Source of the DNA: an uncultured Smithella sp.
GTDB lineage: Bacteria > Desulfobacterota > Syntrophia > Syntrophales > Smithellaceae
Assembly (NCBI GenBank): GCA_964394185.1
Contig: CAYMWM010000001.1
Span: 2,233-66,232 of the forward strand
Direction of reading: 5' to 3'
DNA length: 64,000 nt
The notes beneath the pieces are model-generated. The model was not told where the DNA came from. It ran no database searches and saw nothing but the letters and a program-made list of their open reading frames with translations. A program made the translations under genes and the position numbers. Shown piece by piece: positions 1-9,204 of this stretch (within the stretch, counting starts at the first letter, position 1; the number at the start of each line of letters is the position of its first letter).

Positions 1-2984
1 CTGACGGAAAGCAACAGGGGGTTGCGGCGATCACCAAGTTTGCATCCCGTGATTTTTTCCAGCCTTTTTATCTCTTTGTTTACACGGACGGCTAGATCAT
101 TGAAAATATATTTGTAACCATAGACAGCTTCATATCCCCTGAATACTTCCGTTGTGATAATAAATCCCGGCGGCACATTAAAACCAAAGGACACCAGTTC
201 CTTGAGGAAATAACCCTTGTTGCCCAGCAGGATCTGATTATCCAGTTTTTTGTTCTTTTTATTGAAGGATGAAACCGTCAAATCAGGATTATAGGCCATT
301 ACAACCTTAAGGATTTGTTTGTTCTCTTTAAATTTTTCCAGTTCCGCATTCAGGGTCTTGATAACGACGTTGATGAAATTGTCCAGTACCTGAATACCGA
401 AAGCCGAAGCTATTATTCCCCTGATAAAATTTTCCGAGTGCTGAAAAATTAATTTTTCCTGTTTTTTATGACCGGACTTTGTCTCCGCTTCGGTATCCTG
501 CCGGTAAATCTGACCGATGATGGTCGGCAGGCTGGGGGAGTGAGTATCGATGTAGTTATTGCGGATAATATTCTGAATATCCTTGGAAATAAAACGGAAA
601 ATATCGATATACTGTTCTAGGGAAAACCCTCTGATGGAAAGGGCGTTCGTCACGTATTTGAATTTAGCCGCCAGTCCTTCGGTGGCAATACCTTCAATTT
701 CAAGAGCGCTGATATACAGCCAGAGATGCGTATGTATTTTTCTTATCGTTTGTTTGGTAATGAATTTCAGGTTAAATGAACGGCCCAATTCTTCAAAAAG
801 CATCGTAGCCAGACTCTCCAGCCTTAAAGAAAGACCAACAGCCTCAAATTTCTTCTCATAGTAGGTTCCATACATTGAGGGAATGCCTGCCGCAATATGC
901 CTTTTGTAATATATATTTTCATAAAATTGCGTTTTCCTGGAAGAAATAATTCTTTCTTTCAATACAGATAAAAACTTAAGGATAATCGTAATACTGCGAT
1001 AATAGTTCTTTGCATTTAAAGACCGCTTGAGTGCTGCAATATCGGCCTGGGGAAAAGCGTTTGTCGCTTCCAAATCCTTCAGAAGGTCAATAAACTGCGG
1101 ATAATATTTCTTGTAAATCAACTGGTAGATACGGATCATGATTTTGACCCGTTCCTGATCCCTTTCATGGATGCCCTTTACATGATTCAGTTCCCTGCAC
1201 ACCTTTTCAGTATCCCATTCAAGAAATTTAATGGGATTGTTATTGATTTTTGTAAAGAAATGTTTAAACGCTTTGTGCATTCCGTCGAAATTTTCTCCGG
1301 AATTTACGACCTGTTCATAAACTTCGTCGGGCAGGTGTGTGCGAATAAATCTTTTATCTCCGGAATTCCAGTATTGAAAAATATCTTCGGTGAATTTAAC
1401 GAGCAGGCTGTTGCTTTCCACGTGTGATTGTTTCCGGAAGAAATATACCAGTTTGTCATTGCGCAGGGAAAGTTCGTCAACTTTTGTCGTGATGTCCCTG
1501 AGTTCCCCTTCAGCGCCGATTTCGCTGAAATACACCGGGAAAATTCGCAGGAGCTGTTTAATCAATCCATACACCGGTGCAATATCCGTATTAAGCAGGG
1601 CGGAAATATTTTTTTGAATGAGGTCTGTGTCGCGGATGAAAACCCCCCCCATTTTTAAATTGATGATCAATGCGGAAATCAGTTTTTTTGTCCATCTCGG
1701 TTTCATACCGATAATTTCAAGCCAGGAACGGATATTAATGATATGAGCCGGATTGACCTTGACCTGCCATTCTTCATTCGAGCCTTTGATTTCAGGGTAC
1801 TGGAAGCCATAGGCAATCAGTTCATCAATGAAGGTGTCCGCCAGTGAATGGTTGTTTTGCGCGAAAACTTCTCTAGCTGTTGTCGTGATACAATCAAAAA
1901 TCGCTATGCTGAATTCACTTTGTGATTTGCTCTTTTTCAAAAAACTAAAAATTTTGCGTACAAAGTCATTAAGATTTTCCTTTTTTTCCTCCTGAAAAAC
2001 CATCTTCAGGGAATGGTTAATTTCCCTGAGCGCGCCGGCGTGAATATCGGCAAGGCTGGGAACATCCATGATATTAAGAAGAAAGCGTAGTTTCACCACG
2101 TGCTGGAATCCTCTGTAAGCTTCGGACTTTTCCAATTGATCGGCGGTAAGCAGATATCCGTTAACAATCTGAAAATAATCCGGCATATCAAGATAGCTCT
2201 TGATCGTATAGCGGTTTTTCTTTGCCTTGTCCGGATGAAACACGTCCAGATTTTGTATCAATGTTCTGAGATGTTCATGGCTCAGGGGCAAAATGAGTTG
2301 TTTATAAGTGTCGACCGCCATGTGGTTTTCTGAATCCGGCGCGATAAACCACTTCGACGGATCCGGTTGAGCAAGCCAGAACTGATACGTGATTTTAAAT
2401 ATCCTGTGGACCAAAAGTTCAAACAACGGACTCTGAAAGTTCGAGTTATTTTCTACCAGGCTTTTGATGATTCTTTTCACATATGAGGAACACTTTTTAA
2501 AACTTGCTTCATCTTCATTGATAACATCCAGGAGAGATTCTACAACCTCCTGAAATAATGATAAATTCCTTTGAAGTAATTCGTTGCTCTGAGTCAGTAT
2601 CGTATCAAAATAATCGAACAAATAATGTATCGCGCTGTCCTTTACATTCCGATCCGATGATGACTTAATAACATCAAAATAAATGCAGAGCAGCGTGGCT
2701 AGTGCAGACAGTCCGTCCTGATGATTATTATAAACATAGAAGTCTCCGATGGAAACCGATTTCAATTCCTTCAGAACATATTCCCAATTGACGAAAGGAT
2801 GATTTAATTCCAGGAGTAGCTCACGGGTCTTTTTTTGCAGGCCATAATGATTCTGCACAACATTAAGCAAAGGAGAATACTGCTCGGGAATTTCTATGGT
2901 CGCGGCTGTTCTTTCCAGATTGACTTTAAGGGCAGTTGAATCCAGTTCTTCGCTTTTTTTGTTTGGGTTATCTTTGGTCGCCAT
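1..2984 (-). CDS. Large PPDK/PEP-synthase-like protein, first ~994 codons (3' end beyond window). About 900 aa of unassigned N-terminal region precede a PEP/pyruvate-binding ATP-grasp domain
   Basis: Absent from the ORF track because it has no stop in the window. ATG at 2984 (MATKDNPNKK...). No minus-strand ORF fragments are listed in 1-3126 and spot translations stay in frame. The last ~80 codons read LLGNKGYFLKELVSFGFNVPPGFIITTEVF...KLGDRRNPLLLSV, like the N-terminal nucleotide-binding domain of pyruvate phosphate dikinase. Confidence 0.75.
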   Translation of the reverse strand, partial: MATKDNPNKKSEELDSTALKVNLERTAATIEIPEQYSPLLNVVQNHYGLQKKTRELLLELNHPFVNWEYVLKELKSVSIGDFYVYNNHQDGLSALATLLCIYFDVIKSSSDRNVKDSAIHYLFDYFDTILTQSNELLQRNLSLFQEVVESLLDVINEDEASFKKCSSYVKRIIKSLVENNSNFQSPLFELLVHRIFKITYQFWLAQPDPSKWFIAPDSENHMAVDTYKQLILPLSHEHLRTLIQNLDVFHPDKAKKNRYTIKSYLDMPDYFQIVNGYLLTADQLEKSEAYRGFQHVVKLRFLLNIMDVPSLADIHAGALREINHSLKMVFQEEKKENLNDFVRKIFSFLKKSKSQSEFSIAIFDCITTTAREVFAQNNHSLADTFIDELIAYGFQYPEIKGSNEEWQVKVNPAHIINIRSWLEIIGMKPRWTKKLISALIINLKMGGVFIRDTDLIQKNISALLNTDIAPVYGLIKQLLRIFPVYFSEIGAEGELRDITTKVDELSLRNDKLVYFFRKQSHVESNSLLVKFTEDIFQYWNSGDKRFIRTHLPDEVYEQVVNSGENFDGMHKAFKHFFTKINNNPIKFLEWDTEKVCRELNHVKGIHERDQERVKIMIRIYQLIYKKYYPQFIDLLKDLEATNAFPQADIAALKRSLNAKNYYRSITIILKFLSVLKERIISSRKTQFYENIYYKRHIAAGIPSMYGTYYEKKFEAVGLSLRLESLATMLFEELGRSFNLKFITKQTIRKIHTHLWLYISALEIEGIATEGLAAKFKYVTNALSIRGFSLEQYIDIFRFISKDIQNIIRNNYIDTHSPSLPTIIGQIYRQDTEAETKSGHKKQEKLIFQHSENFIRGIIASAFGIQVLDNFINVVIKTLNAELEKFKENKQILKVVMAYNPDLTVSSFNKKNKKLDNQILLGNKGYFLKELVSFGFNVPPGFIITTEVFRGYEAVYGYKYIFNDLAVRVNKEIKRLEKITGCKLGDRRNPLLLSV

Positions 2985-3126
2985 ATTATAAACCTTTTGG
3001 TTGTAGATTAATCAGAATATAAACAATTTTTCAAGCCCGGAACAGATGCTTTTACAAACAAACTCCGGCAAAATCCGCCTTAAACGGAAACTTGCCGGAG
3101 TCATAATTTATTGTTCAGAGAAATAC

Positions 3127-3426
3127 TTATTTCTTTTTTGCAGGTTTTTTTGCTGCTTTCTTAACGGGTTTTTTCGCAGCTTTTTTAACAGCCTTCTTTT
3201 TTACTGCAGGTTTTTTCTTTGCTGCCGCTTTAACTTTTTTTACCGCTGCTTTCTTTTTTGGTGGTGCTATTGCCTGTACTTTCTTTGGTTTTGCCGGGCC
3301 AATATTTACCATGGGTTCTTCACAGCAAATAAGGTCTATGGTAGCACAGCCACATTCTTCGTCTACAATTACGCGAAGACCACATACTTCACAACTCAGA
3401 ACATCTCCAGCCTTTGCTCTTGACAT
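3127..3426 (-). CDS. Desulforedoxin-like Cys4 domain fused to a Lys/Ala-rich histone-H1-like tail
   Basis: Start moved to ATG 3426 (MSRAKAGD), with GGAGG 6-10 nt upstream. GDVLSCEVCG...LICCEEPM matches the desulforedoxin CxxC...CC pattern. The C-terminal 60 aa are KKAAKKPVKK-type repeats. Confidence 0.7.
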   Translation of the reverse strand: MSRAKAGDVLSCEVCGLRVIVDEECGCATIDLICCEEPMVNIGPAKPKKVQAIAPPKKKAAVKKVKAAAKKKPAVKKKAVKKAAKKPVKKAAKKPAKKK

Positions 3427-3543
3427 TTTTTCCCTCCTCGTTGTGAGGGGCCAGAACATCATCCCTCTGATTTTGCTTCATTCTAATCAAAAATAAAAAA
3501 TTTTCAAGCACAAATTGTTAATTTTTCTAAAAACATAGACAGC

Positions 3544-3571
3544 TTGACAAGCATTTACGATTTGATATTAT
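3544..3571 (+). promoter_or_regulatory. Sigma70-like promoter upstream of alr
   Basis: TTGACA, 16 nt spacer, TATTAT, about 120 nt upstream of the alr ATG. Confidence 0.35.
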
Positions 3572-3691
3572 CCTCTCCAAAGGCTGATGTTGCTCCGGAG
3601 TGAAATTTTATCCCAAAAATCTCTTTTAATTGTCGCAAAAAATCAGTCCGAAGGTGCGGCTACACATATAGCAAAATAATTGGAATCATTT

Positions 3692-5644
3692 ATGTCACTT
3701 AAAAAGGATCAAAAATATCGCAGTTGGGTTGAAGTTGATCTTGATAATTTTATCAGCAATCTCAAGGAGATTAAAAAACTCATCGGCCCCCGGGTGGATT
3801 TCATGCCGGCTGTTAAGGCAGACGCCTATGGACATGGTTCCATCGAAATATCCAATGCCGCTTTGAAAAACGGCGCGCGAATGCTTGGCGTTGCGAATGC
3901 CGATGAGGGCGTTCAGTTAAGAGTAAGCGGCATTGAAGCGCCTATTGTAATTTTGGGCCCTTCCACTGTCGCGGAAATCGAACAAATCATCAAATACAAC
4001 CTTACGCCGTCGGTTTCGGACATGTCTTTTGCGAAAAAGCTCAATAATGCTCTGCCCAAATCCGGCCGTAAACTGCCCATACATATCGAAGTGGATACGG
4101 GCATGGGACGCGGCGGAACCATGCATACCGAAGCCATGAGACTTATTGAGGAAATATCCAAAATAAAAAACATCAAGCTGGAAGGGATTTTCAGCCATCT
4201 GGCTTCCAGTGAAAAAATAATTTCTTATAATGATAAGCAATGGGAATGTTTTTCAGAATTACTTAACGAAATCCAGCGCCTGGGAATAGACATTCCCATA
4301 CGGCATATAGACAACAGCGGAGCTGTTTTAAACTATCCGGATTTTAAACTGAATATGGTACGTCCGGGACTTATGACTTACGGCATTTATCCATCACAGG
4401 GTATTGAATCCAAAGCTAGACTTGCACCGGTCATGTCTTTTAAAACCAGCGTGGTTTTACTTAAAAGTTTTCCTCCCGGTCATGGAATTGGTTACAACAG
4501 CACATTCGTTACTTCCCGGCAGACGAGCATAGCAACCATTCCGGTCGGTTACGGAGACGGCTACGCTTTTATTCTTTCCAATCAGGCAGATGCCTTAATC
4601 CGCGGAAGAAGAGCGCCCATCGTCGGGCGGATTTCAATGGACATGTGCACCGTTGATGTAACCCATATTCCCGGCTGTAAAGTGGGTGATGAAGTCGTTC
4701 TGCTGGGAAAACAGGGCAGAGAATACATTAGCGCCAATGAGATTGCCGAAAAGGCAAAAACCATCAGTTATGAAGTCCTTTGTGCTCTGGGGAAAAGAGC
4801 CCCCCGTGTTTTTCTGCAAAAAGGGAAAAAGGAAGCTATCGAACCGAGGCTGCGGCGGATATTTGTTCCGGATGAGGAAAAATCCATCTCTCGAATCGAT
4901 AATATTATCCGCCACTGCATGCAGACCCGGGCACGCGACGAGGAACTGGGCAACGCCATTTATTACGAAATGTTTGAAACGCTCTTCGGCAAAGAAGACC
5001 GTCGGCTAGAACTGCGCTCCGGTTTCCGTTACAATATTCGTATAGCGAAATTACCCAAAACAAAGAATTCCGCATCTTCCAAAGATTATCTGCACGTCAC
5101 CACTCACATTGAATACAAAAAAATAATCCGCGATAGTATCTTTATGATCGGCTGTGCTTCCAATAATGCACAATTAGCCTCATTATTTGAAGACCCGCGC
5201 TGCGAATACCGCTGGCTGATGAGCAGCGGGAAAGATTTGGTCATGGATCGGGATTTCACCGTCGAAAGAGTGAGCATTGATGACGAAAATATTCCCATTA
5301 TCGAAACGAAAAACACAAAACGCGGTTACGAAATATGGTGCGGTGCGGAATCACTCAAAAAGAAAATAAACACTGAAGTGAAACTGGAAATAGAAATTTC
5401 GACCAAGAAGGCCAAAGAAAATAAAATTTTTCCCGTTTATCTGGTCTACCCGGTAAGAGGTTTGGAGATTAATTTCAATTACGAAAAAGCAGGCATAAAA
5501 AACGTAAGGGAAGAGAGCTTTTTTGCCGGAAGGTATCCCCAACCTTCCATATCGATTAAAAAAGGCAAGTCCATCGGCATCAGGATATCAGACAAAGAAT
5601 GGATTTTCCCGACGAGTGGTGTAATTTTCTTCTGGGACATCTGA
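3692..5644 (+). CDS. alr: Alanine racemase with a ~280-aa C-terminal extension of unknown function
   Basis: PAVKADAYGHG PLP-lysine motif and Alr-like sequence through about residue 370 (..CALGKRAPRVF). The remaining ~280 aa have no motif I recognise. ATG 3692 preferred over the track's TTG 3680. Confidence 0.85.
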   Translation: MSLKKDQKYRSWVEVDLDNFISNLKEIKKLIGPRVDFMPAVKADAYGHGSIEISNAALKNGARMLGVANADEGVQLRVSGIEAPIVILGPSTVAEIEQIIKYNLTPSVSDMSFAKKLNNALPKSGRKLPIHIEVDTGMGRGGTMHTEAMRLIEEISKIKNIKLEGIFSHLASSEKIISYNDKQWECFSELLNEIQRLGIDIPIRHIDNSGAVLNYPDFKLNMVRPGLMTYGIYPSQGIESKARLAPVMSFKTSVVLLKSFPPGHGIGYNSTFVTSRQTSIATIPVGYGDGYAFILSNQADALIRGRRAPIVGRISMDMCTVDVTHIPGCKVGDEVVLLGKQGREYISANEIAEKAKTISYEVLCALGKRAPRVFLQKGKKEAIEPRLRRIFVPDEEKSISRIDNIIRHCMQTRARDEELGNAIYYEMFETLFGKEDRRLELRSGFRYNIRIAKLPKTKNSASSKDYLHVTTHIEYKKIIRDSIFMIGCASNNAQLASLFEDPRCEYRWLMSSGKDLVMDRDFTVERVSIDDENIPIIETKNTKRGYEIWCGAESLKKKINTEVKLEIEISTKKAKENKIFPVYLVYPVRGLEINFNYEKAGIKNVREESFFAGRYPQPSISIKKGKSIGIRISDKEWIFPTSGVIFFWDI

Positions 5645-5789
5645 CATGCCAATCGCTTTTAAAGGCTAACTTTGTTGGTACAGCCTGCCCCGACAAAGGC
5701 CGGGGTCGTCGGCTTCCTCGACGTATCATTAATACGACTGCGGAGCCTCCTCCTTGCCGCCTCGTTACCCTTTAAATCGAAATGGCATG
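5645..5789. repeat. Structured intergenic element bounded by ~21-nt imperfect inverted repeats
   Basis: CATGCCAATCGCTTTTAAAGG (5645-5665) versus the reverse complement of 5769-5789 (CATGCCATTTCGATTTAAAGG). Internal GC hairpin CCCCG-N8-CGGGG. Begins 1 nt after the alr stop. Confidence 0.4.
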
Positions 5790-5797
5790 GATGTTTT

Positions 5798-5986
5798 TTA
5801 CCCATTTCTTTCTTTTAAAAGCCAGATGCCTAGTGCGGCCAGAACGATGGAGGCAATGGCGCTCGGCCAGACGGGAATTTCCATTCCCGCGGCAACTACA
5901 TTGATTCCCAAAACTAAACGGCACAATTGGGCGCAAGCCATCAAAAGAAGTAAAATACCGACTACTAACGACGCGGGACGTTTCAC
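5798..5986 (-). CDS. Small hydrophobic membrane protein (2 TM), unknown function
   Basis: 62-aa ORF with two hydrophobic spans (LVVGILLLLMACAQL, AIASIVLAALGIWLL). No homology recognised. Confidence 0.4.
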   Translation of the reverse strand: MKRPASLVVGILLLLMACAQLCRLVLGINVVAAGMEIPVWPSAIASIVLAALGIWLLKERNG

Positions 5987-6020
5987 AATTTTACCTCCTG
6001 AAGAAGGTTTACCTTATATA

Positions 6021-6935
6021 TTATTCTTCACCAAAATAATCGCTGTCTATACGTTTTATTTCATATTTAGTAACAGAAGATACTCCTAAATCATGGTCAA
6101 TCATAAGTTGAGCCAATTTTTCTCCATCAATTAAAACAATTTTTGTTTCGTTTTTTGGGGTATACTCAATAGCTTCTTTTGAGAAAGAGGAAGTGGTTAT
6201 AAAGATTCCTTTCTTCGCACCTTGCCCTGCAAGAGCACCCACAAATTTTTGAATTTCTGGACGGCCTACGACATTTCCGGTTTGCCATCTTTTTGCCTGT
6301 ACATATATAATATCAAGGCCAAGTTTATCTTCTTTAATTGTCCCATCTATTCCTTCATCATTGGTTTTACCAATTGCCTTTCCTGCATCTTTTATAGAAC
6401 CACCGTATCCCATTTTGACTAAGAGATCGACAACAAGTTTTTCAAAAAAAGCAGGTGGCAAGTTGATGGTTTTATTTAAAAGATCTTGAGCTAGCGATTT
6501 TCTAATTTTCTGATATGAATATTCCAGCACTTCTTCCGGTGTTTGATCATTGTTTGTTTCAGTTTTATCTTCAATATCTGAAATTTCCTTCTTTGCAGAT
6601 TTGAATTCAATAAATTCTTGAAATTGCTCTAAATACTTAACGTCAATTCTATTAGGCTTTTGTGCCAAGACATCTAAGCCTCTTTGCGTAATTTGATTTA
6701 CACCACGTCTTGGAGATTCAATAAGCATTGCCTTTTTCAAATAGGTTCTTGCCCAGCCGACTCTATTATCAAATAATGCCTGTTGCCCACTGGGTAAAAG
6801 TTCTTTTCTCTCTTCATCATTTAGATTAAATTATTTTGACATATTTTCGACTATTTCTCTGAATAAATGTTCTTTAGAATCTGAAAGTAATTCTAATAAT
6901 GGAAGCATTATTGATTGATAATCGGGTATTGCCAT
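6021..6935 (-). pseudogene. mrr: Mrr-type restriction endonuclease interrupted by one in-frame TAA (codon 35)
   Basis: ATG 6935 gives MAIPDYQSIMLPLLELLSDSKEHLFREIVENMSK, then TAA (6833-6831), then FNLNDEERKELLPSGQQALFDNRVGWARTYLKK, in frame with track ORF 6021-6740. Mrr_N-like N-terminus plus catalytic GIDG...VQAKRW motif. Confidence 0.7.
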
Positions 6936-6980
6936 TTTTTTATCTCCTCATTAATATAATATTATTTGGAAATTACTAAA

Positions 6981-8120
6981 TTAAATACCTTCCGTCTTAA
7001 TCTCCAACTTCCTTTTATGGCGGTCTATAGCCAGAGCAATCAGCTTATCCAGAAGATCGTTGTATTTGAGGCCGGTGGCTTCCCAGAGCTTGGGATACAT
7101 GCTGATGCTGGTGAAACCGGGGAGCGTATTTATTTCGTTGAGATAAAATTTATTTGTTTTTTTATCGAGGAAGAAATCCACCCGCGCCATAGAAGAACAT
7201 CCCAGCGCCATATATCCTTCAACGGCAAACTTTCTGATTTTTGCGGCAAGGGGTTTATCAACTTTTGCGGGAATATTCAGCGATGCGCCATTGGGATCAA
7301 TGTATTTGGCTTCGTAGGAATAAAATTCATGGTTGGGAATGATTTCACCCAGCACTGACGCGGCGGGATTTTCGTTTCCCAGAACGGCGCATTCAATCTC
7401 ACGGCAGTCAACGGCTTTTTCAATCATGACTCTTGTATCAAACTGAAAGGCAAAATTCATTGCCTTCGCCAGCAATTCTTTTTTCTTCACTTTTTTTACA
7501 CCCACAGAAGAACCCGCGCAAACCGGCTTGACGAAAACAGGCAGGCCAAGTTTATCCAGGGCATTTTTGCTGATAACTGTTGCGTTTTTGCGCCACTGCT
7601 GTTTGCTTACCGTTAACGACGGAACAACAGGGATTCCCGCCTCGTTTAACAATTTTTTAGCGATGTCTTTGTCCATGCCGATGGCCGAGCCGATAACGTC
7701 CGCTCCTACGTAAGGCACCATCGCCAGTTCCAGCAGACCCTGCAGAGTTCCGTCCTCGCCGAATGTCCCGTGAAGCACGGGAATGATAACATCCACAATT
7801 ACTTCTTTATTTTTGTTTTTGAGATTGTACAGATGCAGTTTATTGTTTTGTTCGAAATGATTGACCAGCCACATGCCGCTTTTTTTCAGAGCCATTTTTC
7901 TGCCGAAATCCCTGTCAGAAATGATTTGAGGATTTTCCTGAACGTACCAGCGCCCGTCTCTGGCAATTCCGATGGCTGTTACATCGTATTTCTTACGGTC
8001 AAGTGCGGAAAAAGCCGAGGCGGCGGAACATAGTGAAACATCGTGCTCGCCCGACCTGCCACCATATAAAAGACCTATTCTTATTTTTGCCGCTTTTTTT
8101 AAACCCGTTTTACTAGCCAT
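6981..8120 (-). CDS. ddl: D-alanine--D-alanine ligase
   Basis: GLLYGGRSGEHDVSL N-terminus and ATP-grasp body with ...EINTLPGFT. Confidence 0.9.
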   Translation of the reverse strand: MASKTGLKKAAKIRIGLLYGGRSGEHDVSLCSAASAFSALDRKKYDVTAIGIARDGRWYVQENPQIISDRDFGRKMALKKSGMWLVNHFEQNNKLHLYNLKNKNKEVIVDVIIPVLHGTFGEDGTLQGLLELAMVPYVGADVIGSAIGMDKDIAKKLLNEAGIPVVPSLTVSKQQWRKNATVISKNALDKLGLPVFVKPVCAGSSVGVKKVKKKELLAKAMNFAFQFDTRVMIEKAVDCREIECAVLGNENPAASVLGEIIPNHEFYSYEAKYIDPNGASLNIPAKVDKPLAAKIRKFAVEGYMALGCSSMARVDFFLDKKTNKFYLNEINTLPGFTSISMYPKLWEATGLKYNDLLDKLIALAIDRHKRKLEIKTEGI

Positions 8121-8350
8121 ATCAATCCTTTTTAATAAATTAAAAAATTTATTTGTCCTGTTATTTTGAAGAGATATACGCCCTGAGCGTCAACATTGTC
8201 AATTTAAATTTGGCTCTTGAATGGAAATTGACCCAAGTTATTATCTTTACAAAGATCAAAAAAAAATTTATATAAATACAAATACTCAGATTCTAAAAAG
8301 AACAGGCTTTATCTTGTGTTACAAACAACAACTGTCAAGGAGATTTTTAT

Positions 8351-9121
8351 ATGAAAAAAAATTTATTTGCCGGTTTCGGAACATTAATTTTATTGACCGT
8401 ATTTTATGTCCCGTCAGCTTTCGCTCTGGGAGTCGGTGCACAGGCCAGATATTGGATTCCCACACTGGAAGGGGATTTGCGCATGGATGACGGCAGTATT
8501 GCCGGAACAAAGGTTGATATTAAGGATGATTTGGGAATCAACAACGAGAATGTTCCGGGAGTGGAAGCTTATTTTGGTATAGGCGATCATGAAATAACAG
8601 CTTCGTACTCATTGATAGATCTTTCCGGAGACAAAAAAATAAATAAGACCATCGTATTTAACGGTGATGAATATGCTGTCAATTCCGATGTGAAAACGGA
8701 TTTTACAACAAGCATGATAGATGTTGAATACCAGTACAAGTTTTTGAACCTGGAAAATGTTCTTGCGGGATTATCTTTTGGAATAATAGTCAAGGGAAAG
8801 TATCTGGACGGTGAAGTAAGGATGCGGTCGTCGGCAAACGATAATCAGGAAGATATACAGGTTCCCATTCCCATGCTGGGACTTGGCGCGAAAATCGGTT
8901 TGCTGGCCGATATTCTGGAGGCAAGGGCAAAGATTTCGGGCATGGGCTATGATGGAAGTTTCTGCTATGACGCCATGGCGGATATCTCCGTGAACCCATT
9001 TCCTTTTTTGAATATTCATGGGGGCTATCGGATAATGTCATTAAAAATTGAGGACATAGGCGATGTATACGCCAAAATGGATTTTTACGGTCCCTATGCG
9101 GGATTAGCCCTCGAATTTTAA
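8351..9121 (+). CDS. Outer-membrane beta-barrel protein
   Basis: Signal peptide MKKNLFAGFGTLILLTVFYVPSAFA, alternating beta-strand pattern, C-terminal ...GLALEF. Confidence 0.65.
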   Translation: MKKNLFAGFGTLILLTVFYVPSAFALGVGAQARYWIPTLEGDLRMDDGSIAGTKVDIKDDLGINNENVPGVEAYFGIGDHEITASYSLIDLSGDKKINKTIVFNGDEYAVNSDVKTDFTTSMIDVEYQYKFLNLENVLAGLSFGIIVKGKYLDGEVRMRSSANDNQEDIQVPIPMLGLGAKIGLLADILEARAKISGMGYDGSFCYDAMADISVNPFPFLNIHGGYRIMSLKIEDIGDVYAKMDFYGPYAGLALEF

Positions 9122-9204
9122 CGGCAGGAAGAAAACCCTGTCTTGACAATAATTATTAGAATAAATATATTATCGCCGGGTTGAAGATAACTTTTGGGTG
9201 ATTT

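Noticed and set aside
3046-3423. 125-aa plus-strand ORF rich in F/C/L
   Set aside because: It is the antisense reading of the Lys/Ala-repeat tail (AAG/GCN repeats read as CTT/NGC). The minus-strand gene has a strong RBS and a desulforedoxin-like motif.
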